From contig CALMYA010000004.1 in assembly GCA_937873535.1 (NCBI GenBank), forward strand, positions 1-37,393: a stretch of DNA of 37,393 nt. The letters are read 5' to 3'. Under the pieces are notes generated by a model. That model was not told the DNA's origin. It searched no databases and was given only the letters and a program-made list of their open reading frames with translations. Origin of the DNA: an uncultured bacterium (GTDB taxonomy: Bacteria > Patescibacteriota > Minisyncoccia > Phycocordibacterales > CAIZLB01). Of this stretch, positions 16,799 to 25,435 are shown one piece after another (the stretch's first letter is position 1; every line of letters starts with the position of its first letter). Both the position numbers and the translations under genes were made by a program.

Positions 16799-17782
16799 CT
16801 ATTGTAGCAAATCCATAGCATCAAGGATCATGGCGTGGGCCGTAGGCACAGGCCCAGCCCCCGGGCCGACGACTGAAAAAGTACTCGACCCTTCGTTTAC
16901 AAAAAGTGCATTATTGACCCCTTCCGGTAAAACAAGATAGCTTCCAATATTTTTTGTATTGAACAATCCAATTTGAAGATGCAATTCATTCTGTTCATAG
17001 TGCGCGCCGGCAAGAAAGTCGTTATTCTTTGTTTTTGAAATTAAAACAAGAAAACGGTGCTCCTTCGGCTTATCAAGCGCCTTTCCCAGGCTTTCATTGT
17101 CTACCTGCAGATTATCGCTTAATTTTAAAGGATGCCCAAAAAAGGTCGACAGATTCGCCAAAATTATTCCCTTCTTGTGCAAGTCTCCTTCCTCTCCTTT
17201 AATAATTTCTTCAAAGGTGGCGGCACCAGGCTCAGCATACTTTCTTTCAAGCACCTCCTTAAGCACCGACTCTCTGCTTTCGCCAGTAGAGAGGCATGAA
17301 AAAATATAATTGAGAGTTCCGTTCAATACGCCGACTATTGAATCTACCTGCCCGATAATTGTTCCGCCATGTGTTCGCCCGTTTAAATATGACAGCATTC
17401 TGGTGCCTCCGCCTACCGTTGCGCTTATGCTGAGTCTTCCTGATTTGATATATGGCAATAATTCCTGAAAATTTCCTGCTAGTGCCCCTTTCTCGCATGT
17501 AATTACCGGAATGCCTTTATCGGCAAAATAAGATATGTATTCAAAAGCGGTTTTTCCATTGTCTGTAGGAATGGCAAGAAATGCAATCATCTTTTCGCCG
17601 CCTTCTAATGCATACTTCCTCCAATTAGATATCTCATCAACCGCCTCACCTTCTGCGTTTAAAATTTTATCAATAGAAAAAACATAACCAATTGACCATC
17701 CTAAATCTTTCATAGACCCTTCAATCTGCCTTTTTAATTCAGTGCCAATAGAACCGTTTCCTATAATTATTGCTTTTACCAT
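16799..17782 (-). CDS. Homoserine dehydrogenase-like oxidoreductase
   Basis: The N-terminal Rossmann motif is IIIGNGSIGTE. VLNGTLNYIF and KYAEPG...GDLHKKGIILANL resemble the homoserine dehydrogenase catalytic domain. Confidence 0.55.
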   Translation of the reverse strand: MVKAIIIGNGSIGTELKRQIEGSMKDLGWSIGYVFSIDKILNAEGEAVDEISNWRKYALEGGEKMIAFLAIPTDNGKTAFEYISYFADKGIPVITCEKGALAGNFQELLPYIKSGRLSISATVGGGTRMLSYLNGRTHGGTIIGQVDSIVGVLNGTLNYIFSCLSTGESRESVLKEVLERKYAEPGAATFEEIIKGEEGDLHKKGIILANLSTFFGHPLKLSDNLQVDNESLGKALDKPKEHRFLVLISKTKNNDFLAGAHYEQNELHLQIGLFNTKNIGSYLVLPEGVNNALFVNEGSSTFSVVGPGAGPVPTAHAMILDAMDLLQ

Positions 17783-17787
17783 AGAAA

Positions 17788-19458
17788 TTACATCACATCC
17801 TCCGCTCGGTCTCGCACAAAGTTCATAAAGTTATTGAACTCGGCCAAGAGAAGCCTAAACGGCGTTTCAATGACCATGTCCATGAAGAACACGAAAAAAT
17901 TTATTGCCGAGAACGACTCTGTAAGCCATCGGCCGAGGCGCATGATAGGAAATGCCAAAAGTCGCGCCGCGAGCGAGAGTGAATCTTTGTGACCAGCCTC
18001 ATAACGCCAGCGTGAAGCAGCAGAGCGTACTCGCGTGCCGAAGTAGCAGACAAGGGCAATGAATACCAGAAAGAGCGTCAGACTTACAAGCTGAAAATTA
18101 AAGGCTACGAGCACGCCAATAATGATGCTGAAAGTAATGACATAAAAGAATGCGTTAAAAGCCATAACAGCAAAAGAAACGTGCGTTGAACCGGCCGAGG
18201 CCGGCAAAATTATCTTTTCATTTTTACCTTTAAGCAGATGCTCGACCGCCTTCTGTATTTTGGCGGTATTCTTTGAATCTAAACCGAGAGACCAGCGTGC
18301 CATTACAAGAAGAAGCAAGGGCGGAACAATAATATTCACAGCGAGAGCAAACGTGTCTACTGAGCCGAACATTAGATGGTCGAGCGGCACCTCGACTGCA
18401 AGGGCAATGGTAATTTTCGTTATAAGTATGTATATAAGGGCTCGCTTGCCGTTATCTTTTACCAGCTTGGTCAATTTCTGATATTTTGCCGAAAGCCTAT
18501 TTCGTATTTCTGCCTCAACTTTCACCTTGTCGTGCAGCACGTCTCGGGCCCGGTCGCCGTACAGAAAAATCATTTCCTTCACCAGCTCCATGGCGATGCG
18601 CGAATTCTTTATTTTCTTAATCAGATACCAAACAAGCGGGTCGTTTATTTTTTCATCAACGTTTCTTGAAAGGTCATATATGCGGGGTGCAAGTTCGCTA
18701 GCCGTACTTCCAAGCTCGAATGTCTCATCTTTGCCTGAAAGAGTCGTCCATGTCGGATAGGCTTCTTCAAGCGCCGCAAAATGAAGCTCAGGGTTGCTCT
18801 GCTCTAACAGCGACCTCAACGCGACAAACCGAAGCGACGAAGTGAACCGCGCGCGACCTATGGACGGGTCAACTTTTATTGAATCTTTCAAAATAGAAAG
18901 CCAGGTCTCAAGAACTTTTTTCTCAAGGTCATTAGGAAATAATAGCCGGTATATTTCTATGGCCGCCATCGATCGCGTCCACTTCTTGAACGGATCGGAA
19001 GATTCTGAATGCTCTCTAGAAGTAAAAAGCGCAGTATATTTTTTTACAATAAAATCGACTGCTGCCGCATTTTCATCGGTAGCCAATGCCGCATCAACAT
19101 AACCAGCCGTAACCAGGTCTTCAAGCAAGCTGGCGCCCATGTCTTCGTTTTTCTCAAAAATAAGCCGGCGCTTAAGCAGGCGCTCAATGGCCCGACGGCG
19201 TATCTGGTCGCCCTCGCCGTAGTCGATAGCATTTCGGACCTTCTCGTACCACCCAGCAGCTTTTTGGGTCATTGGATGCAGGTCGCCGTTCGCGTGCGGA
19301 GAAGCACCAGAAGCTTCTAAGTCTTGGTCTCCAGAATCCCCTTGTTTTTCGGCCTTTCTAAGGCGTTCAGCTATTCCCGCATGGCTAAGTAAGCTCTCTA
19401 TATAAGAGCTCTTTTCAGGCCCACCTTCTGGTTGATTTTCTCGCTGTATTTCTGACAT
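17788..19458 (-). CDS. Hypothetical 556-aa protein with a soluble N-terminal region and several C-terminal TM segments
   Basis: ORF track and the hydrophobicity pattern. I cannot assign a family with confidence. Confidence 0.65.
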   Translation of the reverse strand: MSEIQRENQPEGGPEKSSYIESLLSHAGIAERLRKAEKQGDSGDQDLEASGASPHANGDLHPMTQKAAGWYEKVRNAIDYGEGDQIRRRAIERLLKRRLIFEKNEDMGASLLEDLVTAGYVDAALATDENAAAVDFIVKKYTALFTSREHSESSDPFKKWTRSMAAIEIYRLLFPNDLEKKVLETWLSILKDSIKVDPSIGRARFTSSLRFVALRSLLEQSNPELHFAALEEAYPTWTTLSGKDETFELGSTASELAPRIYDLSRNVDEKINDPLVWYLIKKIKNSRIAMELVKEMIFLYGDRARDVLHDKVKVEAEIRNRLSAKYQKLTKLVKDNGKRALIYILITKITIALAVEVPLDHLMFGSVDTFALAVNIIVPPLLLLVMARWSLGLDSKNTAKIQKAVEHLLKGKNEKIILPASAGSTHVSFAVMAFNAFFYVITFSIIIGVLVAFNFQLVSLTLFLVFIALVCYFGTRVRSAASRWRYEAGHKDSLSLAARLLAFPIMRLGRWLTESFSAINFFVFFMDMVIETPFRLLLAEFNNFMNFVRDRAEDVM

Positions 19459-19504
19459 GGGCTTAAGTATATACGCGCTTTAAGCTTTGTCATCCACCAC
19501 GTTA

Positions 19505-19936
19505 TTATGAAGGAAATTGATCACTGCAGACAAATGTACCCTTACGAGAACTATCTGGCCATATACCGCCAGCGTCTGACGCAATAATAGCTTGCCCTGC
19601 TTTGCATGAAGCCGGGCCGCAACCGCATACTAAGGGAGCTTTATTGGTATCTGATGTATACCCCTGGGTCACAGGAGCACATATGAAGCTTTCAGATTTC
19701 TGGTTGCAAACTTTAAATGGATCGACCAAAGGTGCAGTCTTAATTGGTTTAACAGGATTTTTATATAATTCAGTTTTTTTACCTGTATCACTACTACTGG
19801 CAACACCAGAATAAATTCTGACGTTTGTGTCTGCAGGCGCATCGTATAATGATGCAAAATAAAGGTAGGAAACCAGCGCAGCAAGAATAACCATCAACGC
19901 CAGACAAACTGCTGAGATTTCTTTTGAAATTTTCAT
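19505..19936 (-). CDS. Small secreted or membrane-anchored Cys-rich protein (143 aa)
   Basis: It has an N-terminal hydrophobic anchor or signal (AVCLALMVILAALVSYLYFA). The C-terminal ~70 aa contain 7 Cys. Confidence 0.6.
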   Translation of the reverse strand: MKISKEISAVCLALMVILAALVSYLYFASLYDAPADTNVRIYSGVASSSDTGKKTELYKNPVKPIKTAPLVDPFKVCNQKSESFICAPVTQGYTSDTNKAPLVCGCGPASCKAGQAIIASDAGGIWPDSSRKGTFVCSDQFPS

Positions 19937-19954
19937 AATAGTAAGTATACCAAA

Positions 19955-20605
19955 CTAAACCTCTTCTGGTGTTTGGCTCAACTTGTAGTCTTCGGGGAAC
20001 AGGTACACCGCTACCCTGAAAATACTGTACGTAATGAACGGCGCCGCAAATACATCTATCGAATAATGCATATGGGAAAGAAGAACTGAAAAGCCCATTA
20101 TGGCCGCAAGAATAAAAAATACATATCTCCAAAACTTATCTTTCCAGAACACTAAACCCATAAGAAACGGCATGCCTGTGTGACCAGAAAAGAAAAAACC
20201 GGCGCCCAAGCCTAAGTCGGTATAAATACTGTCGAAGAAACCTGTGGTTACCATTACTTGGTCGGGGTAAATTCCGAGGTGAGTCATGGCTATAAACATT
20301 GCTCGGGTAGCCATGAATAGCGCGCCTGCTTTTATAGAAAAAATAAGATATTTCGGACGCGACACAACCAAAAGAAATGTAATAGCTATTATAGCGAAGG
20401 CTCCCTCTACTATTGCAGCGGTCAAATCTATAACACTTATATTGTCGAGAAAAATATCATGAACAAAATTACTAGAAACTCTATCTGAATATGCCGAAGC
20501 GTAAAACTGAAAGATGGCCGCCAGAACAAAAATCACTAATCCAGAAATAAGCGACCTAGTTCTTTCTTTTGTGAAGAAACCTTGATAATTAAAAAGTTTT
20601 TTCAT
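19955..20605 (-). CDS. PAP2_C / sphingomyelin-synthase-like membrane protein
   Basis: FFFSGHTGMPF and HMHYSIDVFAAP match the SGHT and HYxxDV motifs of the PAP2_C (SMS-like) family. Confidence 0.6.
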   Translation of the reverse strand: MKKLFNYQGFFTKERTRSLISGLVIFVLAAIFQFYASAYSDRVSSNFVHDIFLDNISVIDLTAAIVEGAFAIIAITFLLVVSRPKYLIFSIKAGALFMATRAMFIAMTHLGIYPDQVMVTTGFFDSIYTDLGLGAGFFFSGHTGMPFLMGLVFWKDKFWRYVFFILAAIMGFSVLLSHMHYSIDVFAAPFITYSIFRVAVYLFPEDYKLSQTPEEV

Positions 20606-21023
20606 TAACGTATGTCTTCTTGTAACGAAGAATAAATACTAAAACCAACATATAAAAGATAAGACCATATACACATGTCGGAAGCCCAAGTGTGGCTAAC
20701 TTAAACCCCTCAACTGCAAAACGAATAAGTTCTTGCACCACAAACGTACCGGCAAATACGACGCCAAGTAAAGACAGGGCAAGAATTGAGTTTGCTATTG
20801 CGATCTTACCATCTTTTCGAAAAACAAGAAGGGTTGAAAGTATAAAAAGAGAGACAAAGATAATAAATCCAAAATAACATGCGGGGTATCCAAAAAACTG
20901 GGGGCAAGTTTCGCCAAAAGCGCATGTTTTAGTAAAAAATTTTACTCCACTTAAGTAGCCTGAAAAAAGCGTTCCTGCCAAAGAGAGACCGTAGAGAATA
21001 TAAGAATATGTTGTTTTTGTCAT
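20589..21023 (-). CDS. 4-TM VKOR-like protein with a degenerate active site
   Basis: Loop 1 has C-x6-C (TCAFGETC). The position where VKOR has CxxC at the start of the last TM reads CVYG. The gene overlaps the upstream gene by 17 nt. The assignment is tentative. Confidence 0.4.
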   Translation of the reverse strand: MTKTTYSYILYGLSLAGTLFSGYLSGVKFFTKTCAFGETCPQFFGYPACYFGFIIFVSLFILSTLLVFRKDGKIAIANSILALSLLGVVFAGTFVVQELIRFAVEGFKLATLGLPTCVYGLIFYMLVLVFILRYKKTYVNEKTF

Positions 21024-21089
21024 ATTTTCATATTAGCACTTTTTATAGCGCGTGCTAGACCTCTTAAATGTATACCCACACTAATACAC

Positions 21090-22862
21090 TTATCCCAAAA
21101 CCCTTATAAGTTTAATTTCTTTATACGATGCCTTACTGCCCAGTACATGCTTCACAGGGCCAAGCGGTGCTTTGGCATAAAGGCGCGCATTATAATCGGG
21201 CGTTCCGATTGTGCCCGCTTCTTTGGCTAAATCGGGGTTAGCTTTGGCAAAAGCGTCCATAATTAATTGCTGCTTTTTGTATGGAACAGCCTTGCGCAAA
21301 TAAATAGCGGTATCTAAAAAGAACGGGTCTTCTTCTGCTAATTTTTCAAGATGGTCGATGACGGTCTCTTCGTTTATCCCCCTTTCTTTAGCAATTTTTT
21401 TCAGGTCGAGGCGTTTTTCAACAAGAAGCTTTGTCTGCTCAAATGTTGAAAGTTTTTTTACTTTCACAGCGTGGCCTCCGATGCTGGTAATGTATTCTTT
21501 TTGCAATCGCAACTTTTCACTTTCACCTTTTTTGCCTTTTTCGAGCTCTTCAAGTTCCGTAATTGCCCTATCGGATGCCACACGCAATTTTTCATCAACC
21601 ATTATCACTTCGTCGTGTACGCGAAGCGCCGTATCGTTTATTCCTAAAATTGTAAGACCCTCGAGAGTGCACACGCGCGACAATGCAACATAACCCATTC
21701 CCTTTTCAAATGAACGAGAAAGGTCAACCTCCACAGCATCGAGGCTCATGCCTTGGCTTTTATGCACTGTAATTGCCCACGCCAAGCGAAGCGGGTACTG
21801 AACAATAGAGGCTTTTACTTTGCCATCTTCTTCAATATCCCAGCTGGCTGTTTCTACTTTAATGATGTCGCCTTTAAATGTCTTAACAGTTGGGCCGCTT
21901 TCGTCAGCAATAACAACGACGCCGAGCGTGCCATTCACATAGCCTCCGTCAAAGTTATTTTTCACGAACATTACTTTCGCCCCTATTTTTAGCCGCAAGT
22001 GTTCAGGCGCAAGGCAGCTTTTTTTCAAGAGATCTACAAGAATATCTTTGCCTGAACTTTCCATATAATATTCGAACTCTTCTCCCTCTATGCTGTCGAG
22101 GGCTTCATCATTCAAAGTGTCGACGTCGGCGTTGTGAGTAAATAGACGTGTGGGTTCTATTTTTCTCGACAAACCTTCTTCGTCAGTATTTTCTGCGCCA
22201 GCATCAGAGCCGTTTTCTTTATTTTTATCAACTTCCTCTTTAAACCGTGTCTGCAATATTTCAAATGTATCTTCATTTACTTCGTTGTTGCGAATGTCGT
22301 TCAATACGCGTAGCGACACATCATCGGTTTGGCGGTGCTGTTCTTCTAAATAACAAATTTTAAATTTTGCAGTGCGCCATACTTTAGAATGATAAATAAA
22401 ACGCGACGCCTGTTCGCCTTTTCGGGAAATAGGCGGCAGCTGAAAGAAGTCGCCGCAAAGCACAACCTGAATGCCGCCAAAAGGCTTGTCATTTCCTTTA
22501 AACGCGCGGAGGAGTTCGTCGACCATATCAATTCGGAAATGATGCATCATCGACACTTCATCGATAATAAGCACCTTCAGTTTTTCAAAACGTTTATGCA
22601 AATACTGCTTGTCGGTAAGCGCCGAAATATCGTGCTCGGTGAGCTTGTCACGAATGCCGAGGCCTGTGAAGGAATGAATGGTAACCCCACCCATATGCGT
22701 GGCAGCAATGCCAGTTGAGGCAGTAACACCCACATCAACATTGTTTTGCCGCAAATACGATATATATTCGTTTAACACATACGTCTTGCCGCTTCCCGCC
22801 GCACCGGTTAGGTACACGTTATAGCCAAGTTTAAGAATGTCGAGGGCGGTTTCCTGCGTCAT
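21090..22862 (-). CDS. PIF1/RecD-like SF1 DNA helicase with a C-terminal HTH domain
   Basis: Walker A GAAGSGKTY, Walker B LIIDEVSMM, LCGDFFQLPPI and AITVHKSQG. The C-terminal region looks like a helicase-associated HTH. Confidence 0.85.
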   Translation of the reverse strand: MTQETALDILKLGYNVYLTGAAGSGKTYVLNEYISYLRQNNVDVGVTASTGIAATHMGGVTIHSFTGLGIRDKLTEHDISALTDKQYLHKRFEKLKVLIIDEVSMMHHFRIDMVDELLRAFKGNDKPFGGIQVVLCGDFFQLPPISRKGEQASRFIYHSKVWRTAKFKICYLEEQHRQTDDVSLRVLNDIRNNEVNEDTFEILQTRFKEEVDKNKENGSDAGAENTDEEGLSRKIEPTRLFTHNADVDTLNDEALDSIEGEEFEYYMESSGKDILVDLLKKSCLAPEHLRLKIGAKVMFVKNNFDGGYVNGTLGVVVIADESGPTVKTFKGDIIKVETASWDIEEDGKVKASIVQYPLRLAWAITVHKSQGMSLDAVEVDLSRSFEKGMGYVALSRVCTLEGLTILGINDTALRVHDEVIMVDEKLRVASDRAITELEELEKGKKGESEKLRLQKEYITSIGGHAVKVKKLSTFEQTKLLVEKRLDLKKIAKERGINEETVIDHLEKLAEEDPFFLDTAIYLRKAVPYKKQQLIMDAFAKANPDLAKEAGTIGTPDYNARLYAKAPLGPVKHVLGSKASYKEIKLIRVLG

Positions 22863-22888
22863 GAGGAAGAGTATAGCACCCTAATATG

Positions 22889-23305
22889 CTACCAAGCCGC
22901 AAGTATAGCTCCCATTGCCAAAAACGAAACCAGAGATGCGACTATTTCAAATAACCAAAGGTTTTTTGACTTACCCATCCAGATGACGTCCATAGATGAT
23001 GATGTTACAAGGAAACCAAGCCACGCCCAGAATGCAATTCCCATTCCGCCCACCACGTTTCCTACATTGCCATAGAAGCTCGCGGTTACATATATAAACA
23101 TTGCCAAAACGTAAGCGCATACAACATTCATCAAGAAATTTTTCACCATCTGAGGAATCATATCTCTAAACTTTTCATTGCCTGTAGGGTGAATATTAGC
23201 TAATTTCATCCAAACTTTTCCGAACGCCGGGCCGTGAAATAGAAAGCCTATAACAAACGAAGCAACTGCCGCTACTAATACTGCAAGTAAATTTATTGGT
23301 AACAT
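22889..23305 (-). CDS. DUF1761-family membrane protein
   Basis: INLLAVLVAAVASFVIGFLFHGPAFGKVWMKL is typical of DUF1761 (from memory). Confidence 0.65.
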   Translation of the reverse strand: MLPINLLAVLVAAVASFVIGFLFHGPAFGKVWMKLANIHPTGNEKFRDMIPQMVKNFLMNVVCAYVLAMFIYVTASFYGNVGNVVGGMGIAFWAWLGFLVTSSSMDVIWMGKSKNLWLFEIVASLVSFLAMGAILAAW

Positions 23306-23405
23306 TTTATTTCTTTATTAATTTATAATTACTTACCGACTTAATTTTCTAATATACAGACAATTATACCACTTACACCGTTTTTAATATCCCCTGTGTT
23401 CCCCC

Positions 23406-23594
23406 TTATCTCTTAAACCATACAAAGCCTAGATACAGCGACAAAACAACACCCCCAATAAGTAACGGCACTGTTTGCGGCACAAACACTTCTGACCAAT
23501 TTGCCCCTATTACAATACCTATTGCCAATACAGCAATTTTTAAAATACCAAGCTGCCACCACGTTAGAGTCGTATCTTTTGTTAATATATTCAT
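23406..23594 (-). CDS. Small 2-TM membrane protein (62 aa)
   Basis: ORF track. It has two hydrophobic helices. The overlapping alternative frame 23413-23610 looks less protein-like. Confidence 0.45.
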   Translation of the reverse strand: MNILTKDTTLTWWQLGILKIAVLAIGIVIGANWSEVFVPQTVPLLIGGVVLSLYLGFVWFKR

Positions 23595-23636
23595 ACTTAA
23601 ATTGTAGCATGCTTTGTGTACTTAATTACTGCATAG

Positions 23637-23666
23637 AAAAACACCCATATAAAATGGGTGTTTTTC
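23637..23666 (-). terminator. Intrinsic terminator after tRNA-Asp
   Basis: Stem ACACCCA / TGGGTGT with a 7-nt loop. T-runs follow on both strands (TTTTCT on the minus strand). Confidence 0.6.
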
Positions 23667-23671
23667 GTTTG

Positions 23672-23745
23672 CGCGGTTGATGGGACTTGAACCCACGACC
23701 TCCAGCGTGACAGGCCGGCGCTCTAACCAGCTGAGCTACAACCGC
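23672..23745 (-). tRNA. tRNA-Asp (anticodon GUC), no encoded CCA
   Basis: GCGGTTG-TA-GCTC-AGCTGGTTA-GAGC-G-CCGGC-CTGTCAC-GCTGG-AGGTC-GTGGG-TTCAAGT-CCCAT-CAACCGC-G. The acceptor stem is perfect. Confidence 0.9.
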
Positions 23746-24425
23746 ATTTTTATGAATCTATCGAACACAACCTTCTTTCTGCTAAGAAAAAGTCCTGAAT
23801 TCGAAGAATCCCTATGATTATACATAAAATCATGTAAATTCAAAGAACTATGGACGCTGTAGTTTAGACGGTAAAAATCCCCCTTCCCTTTCCTTAATGT
23901 CCCACCGAGTATACCTACCCGACTTAATCTGCCTTTCAATATACTCAAAAAATCCAGCGAAGCTGATGTAAATCCAGTCTGAATAGTCCAAGATTTCACT
24001 GATCTACCCTTATTTACATAGCCTACCCATACATGACCGTCACCGTCAAAATAACCTCTCACAAAGTCTGATAAAAACTTCAAAGGTACATTGGGGACGG
24101 CAAGGTTCTTTGTTTTTCTTTCAAGAAAACCTAGTTTTCTAAGATCATTGCACATTTCAACACTACCTATCTGCAATCTATGTGAAATATTCTTAATTCC
24201 CTTTTTACTTCTTAAACCTATCTTATGGCTAGACCCCATTTCCGATTTAATTTTTTCTAGCAATTCCTTATCGTTAATATGTAAACACCAATATTGACCA
24301 CCCCTTTTGCCGACAGTGATGTAACCATCCGCAGCAAAAAAGCCTAAGATATAAGCCATCTGCGGCGTCCATTTTTTGAAAAAGTCTTTATTAACTTTTT
24401 TAGATGTAGGCACATGAGCAATCAT
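23736..24425 (-). CDS. Double-motif LAGLIDADG homing endonuclease. It is free-standing and its 3' end overlaps tRNA-Asp by 10 nt.
   Basis: It has two LAGLIDADG motifs, YILGFFAADGYI and FVRGYFDGDGHV. The last codons AAA ATG CGG TTG TAG run into the tRNA acceptor stem. The stop codon is tRNA positions 8-10. Confidence 0.85.
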   Translation of the reverse strand: MIAHVPTSKKVNKDFFKKWTPQMAYILGFFAADGYITVGKRGGQYWCLHINDKELLEKIKSEMGSSHKIGLRSKKGIKNISHRLQIGSVEMCNDLRKLGFLERKTKNLAVPNVPLKFLSDFVRGYFDGDGHVWVGYVNKGRSVKSWTIQTGFTSASLDFLSILKGRLSRVGILGGTLRKGKGDFYRLNYSVHSSLNLHDFMYNHRDSSNSGLFLSRKKVVFDRFIKMRL

Positions 24426-24531
24426 AACAAATGACAGGCTAATGCACTATACATGAAGTATGGATATTATTTTATAATTTATAAAAAACACCAAATCGAT
24501 ACTGCACTAGATGTGCTCTAAACTATTAATG

Positions 24532-24605
24532 TGTCGACGGGAGGGCTCGAACCTCCGACCTGTGGCTTATGAGTCCACCGCTCTAACCAGCTGAGCTACG
24601 TCGAC
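24532..24605 (-). tRNA. tRNA with anticodon CAU (elongator Met or Ile2-type; I cannot tell which by eye)
   Basis: GTCGACG-TA-GCTC-AGCTGGTTA-GAGC-G-GTGGA-CTCATAA-GCCAC-AGGTC-GGAGG-TTCGAGC-CCTCC-CGTCGAC-A. G1:C72 is paired, so this is not an initiator. There is an A31/G39 mismatch. Confidence 0.85.
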
Positions 24606-24651
24606 ATGTGTGAGAACTATAGTATAAAAAAACTTACTTATCAACTAAAAA

Positions 24652-24685
24652 CAAAAAGCGTCCCTAATAGGACGTCTTTTGTTTT
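24652..24685 (-). terminator. Intrinsic terminator candidate between the two CAU tRNAs
   Basis: Stem CGTCC/GGACG with a 6-nt loop. On the minus strand it is followed by CTTTTTGTTTTT. Confidence 0.45.
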
Positions 24686-24690
24686 AATTG

Positions 24691-24761
24691 TTGCGGGTCG
24701 TGGAATTGCACCACGTCTGCAAGGTTATGAGCCTTGTGTGCTACTGTGACACTCACCCGCG
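24691..24761 (-). tRNA. Initiator-like tRNA (anticodon CAU, C1/A72 mismatch) with non-canonical D and T loops
   Basis: CGCGGGT-GA-GTGT-CACAGTA-GCAC-A-CAAGG-CTCATAA-CCTTG-CAGA-CGTGG-TGCAATT-CCACG-ACCCGCA-A. The C1/A72 mismatch is the bacterial initiator hallmark. Positions 8 and 14 are G and C rather than U and A. There is no GG in the D loop, and the T loop is TGCAATT rather than TTCRANY. Confidence 0.55.
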
Positions 24762-24821
24762 ATATGGGTCGCTTTCATCTTCCTTTTCATCTATTTGGCG
24801 CACTTTTGAAAGACTTGCGTA

Positions 24822-25421
24822 TTATATGTCTTTTTTCGCGTTCTGCAAGTACATAAGAGTATCATAACCATTCATCACCCTTTTTTCAGTATCCAAACCG
24901 AAGTCGCGCGCCACCCCTAGAAGTTCTTTTTCAGCTTCATATTGGTCACCGTCTGTCATCTTTTCTATTTCTATAAAAGTACCCAAGCCCTCGACAACAT
25001 CAAGGCAGAACTCATATTCCATGTATTTCGCCTTCTGTCTCACTTTATGCACCGTCACCGCTTCGTGATAGCCGAGGTATACAATAATGTCTCTCATGGT
25101 CGCAGTATCGGTAATGTCTATTTCCTTTTCGATATTCATTAGCTCGTCCTTGTTATTTAACGACCGCTTCAAAGTAAATTCAGATGATGTTTTAATTGCA
25201 CCGTCTTCGTCCCAAGACATTTCACGTATGCGCAAGTAATTCGCATCTTTCGGAAAGAGCATATAGTCGCCCTCATAATTTACAAAAGTAACATCTTTTT
25301 GGGAAATAGGCTTCGAAAGCTTAATTCCCCTCTTTTTAAATTCACCTTTTAGCGATTCAAAGTTGTCGACGCGAAGCTTGATTTCGATTTCTTTCATGAT
25401 AATAAGAAAATGAGATGCCAA
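24822..25421 (-). CDS. CYTH-domain protein (class IV adenylate cyclase / triphosphatase fold)
   Basis: The EIEIKLRV start motif (ExExK) and the overall CyaB-like layout. The true start is probably the internal MKEIEIK. Confidence 0.7.
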   Translation of the reverse strand: MASHFLIIMKEIEIKLRVDNFESLKGEFKKRGIKLSKPISQKDVTFVNYEGDYMLFPKDANYLRIREMSWDEDGAIKTSSEFTLKRSLNNKDELMNIEKEIDITDTATMRDIIVYLGYHEAVTVHKVRQKAKYMEYEFCLDVVEGLGTFIEIEKMTDGDQYEAEKELLGVARDFGLDTEKRVMNGYDTLMYLQNAKKDI

Positions 25422-25435
25422 ATCGCTTACATCTA

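Noticed and set aside
24426-24531. The possibility that the second LAGLIDADG gene is intron-encoded within a split tRNA, by analogy with the tRNA-Thr locus
   Set aside because: Both flanking tRNAs (Met CAU at 24532-24605 and Asp at 23672-23745) are complete, uninterrupted cloverleaves. I found no group I core elements by eye in the flanks.
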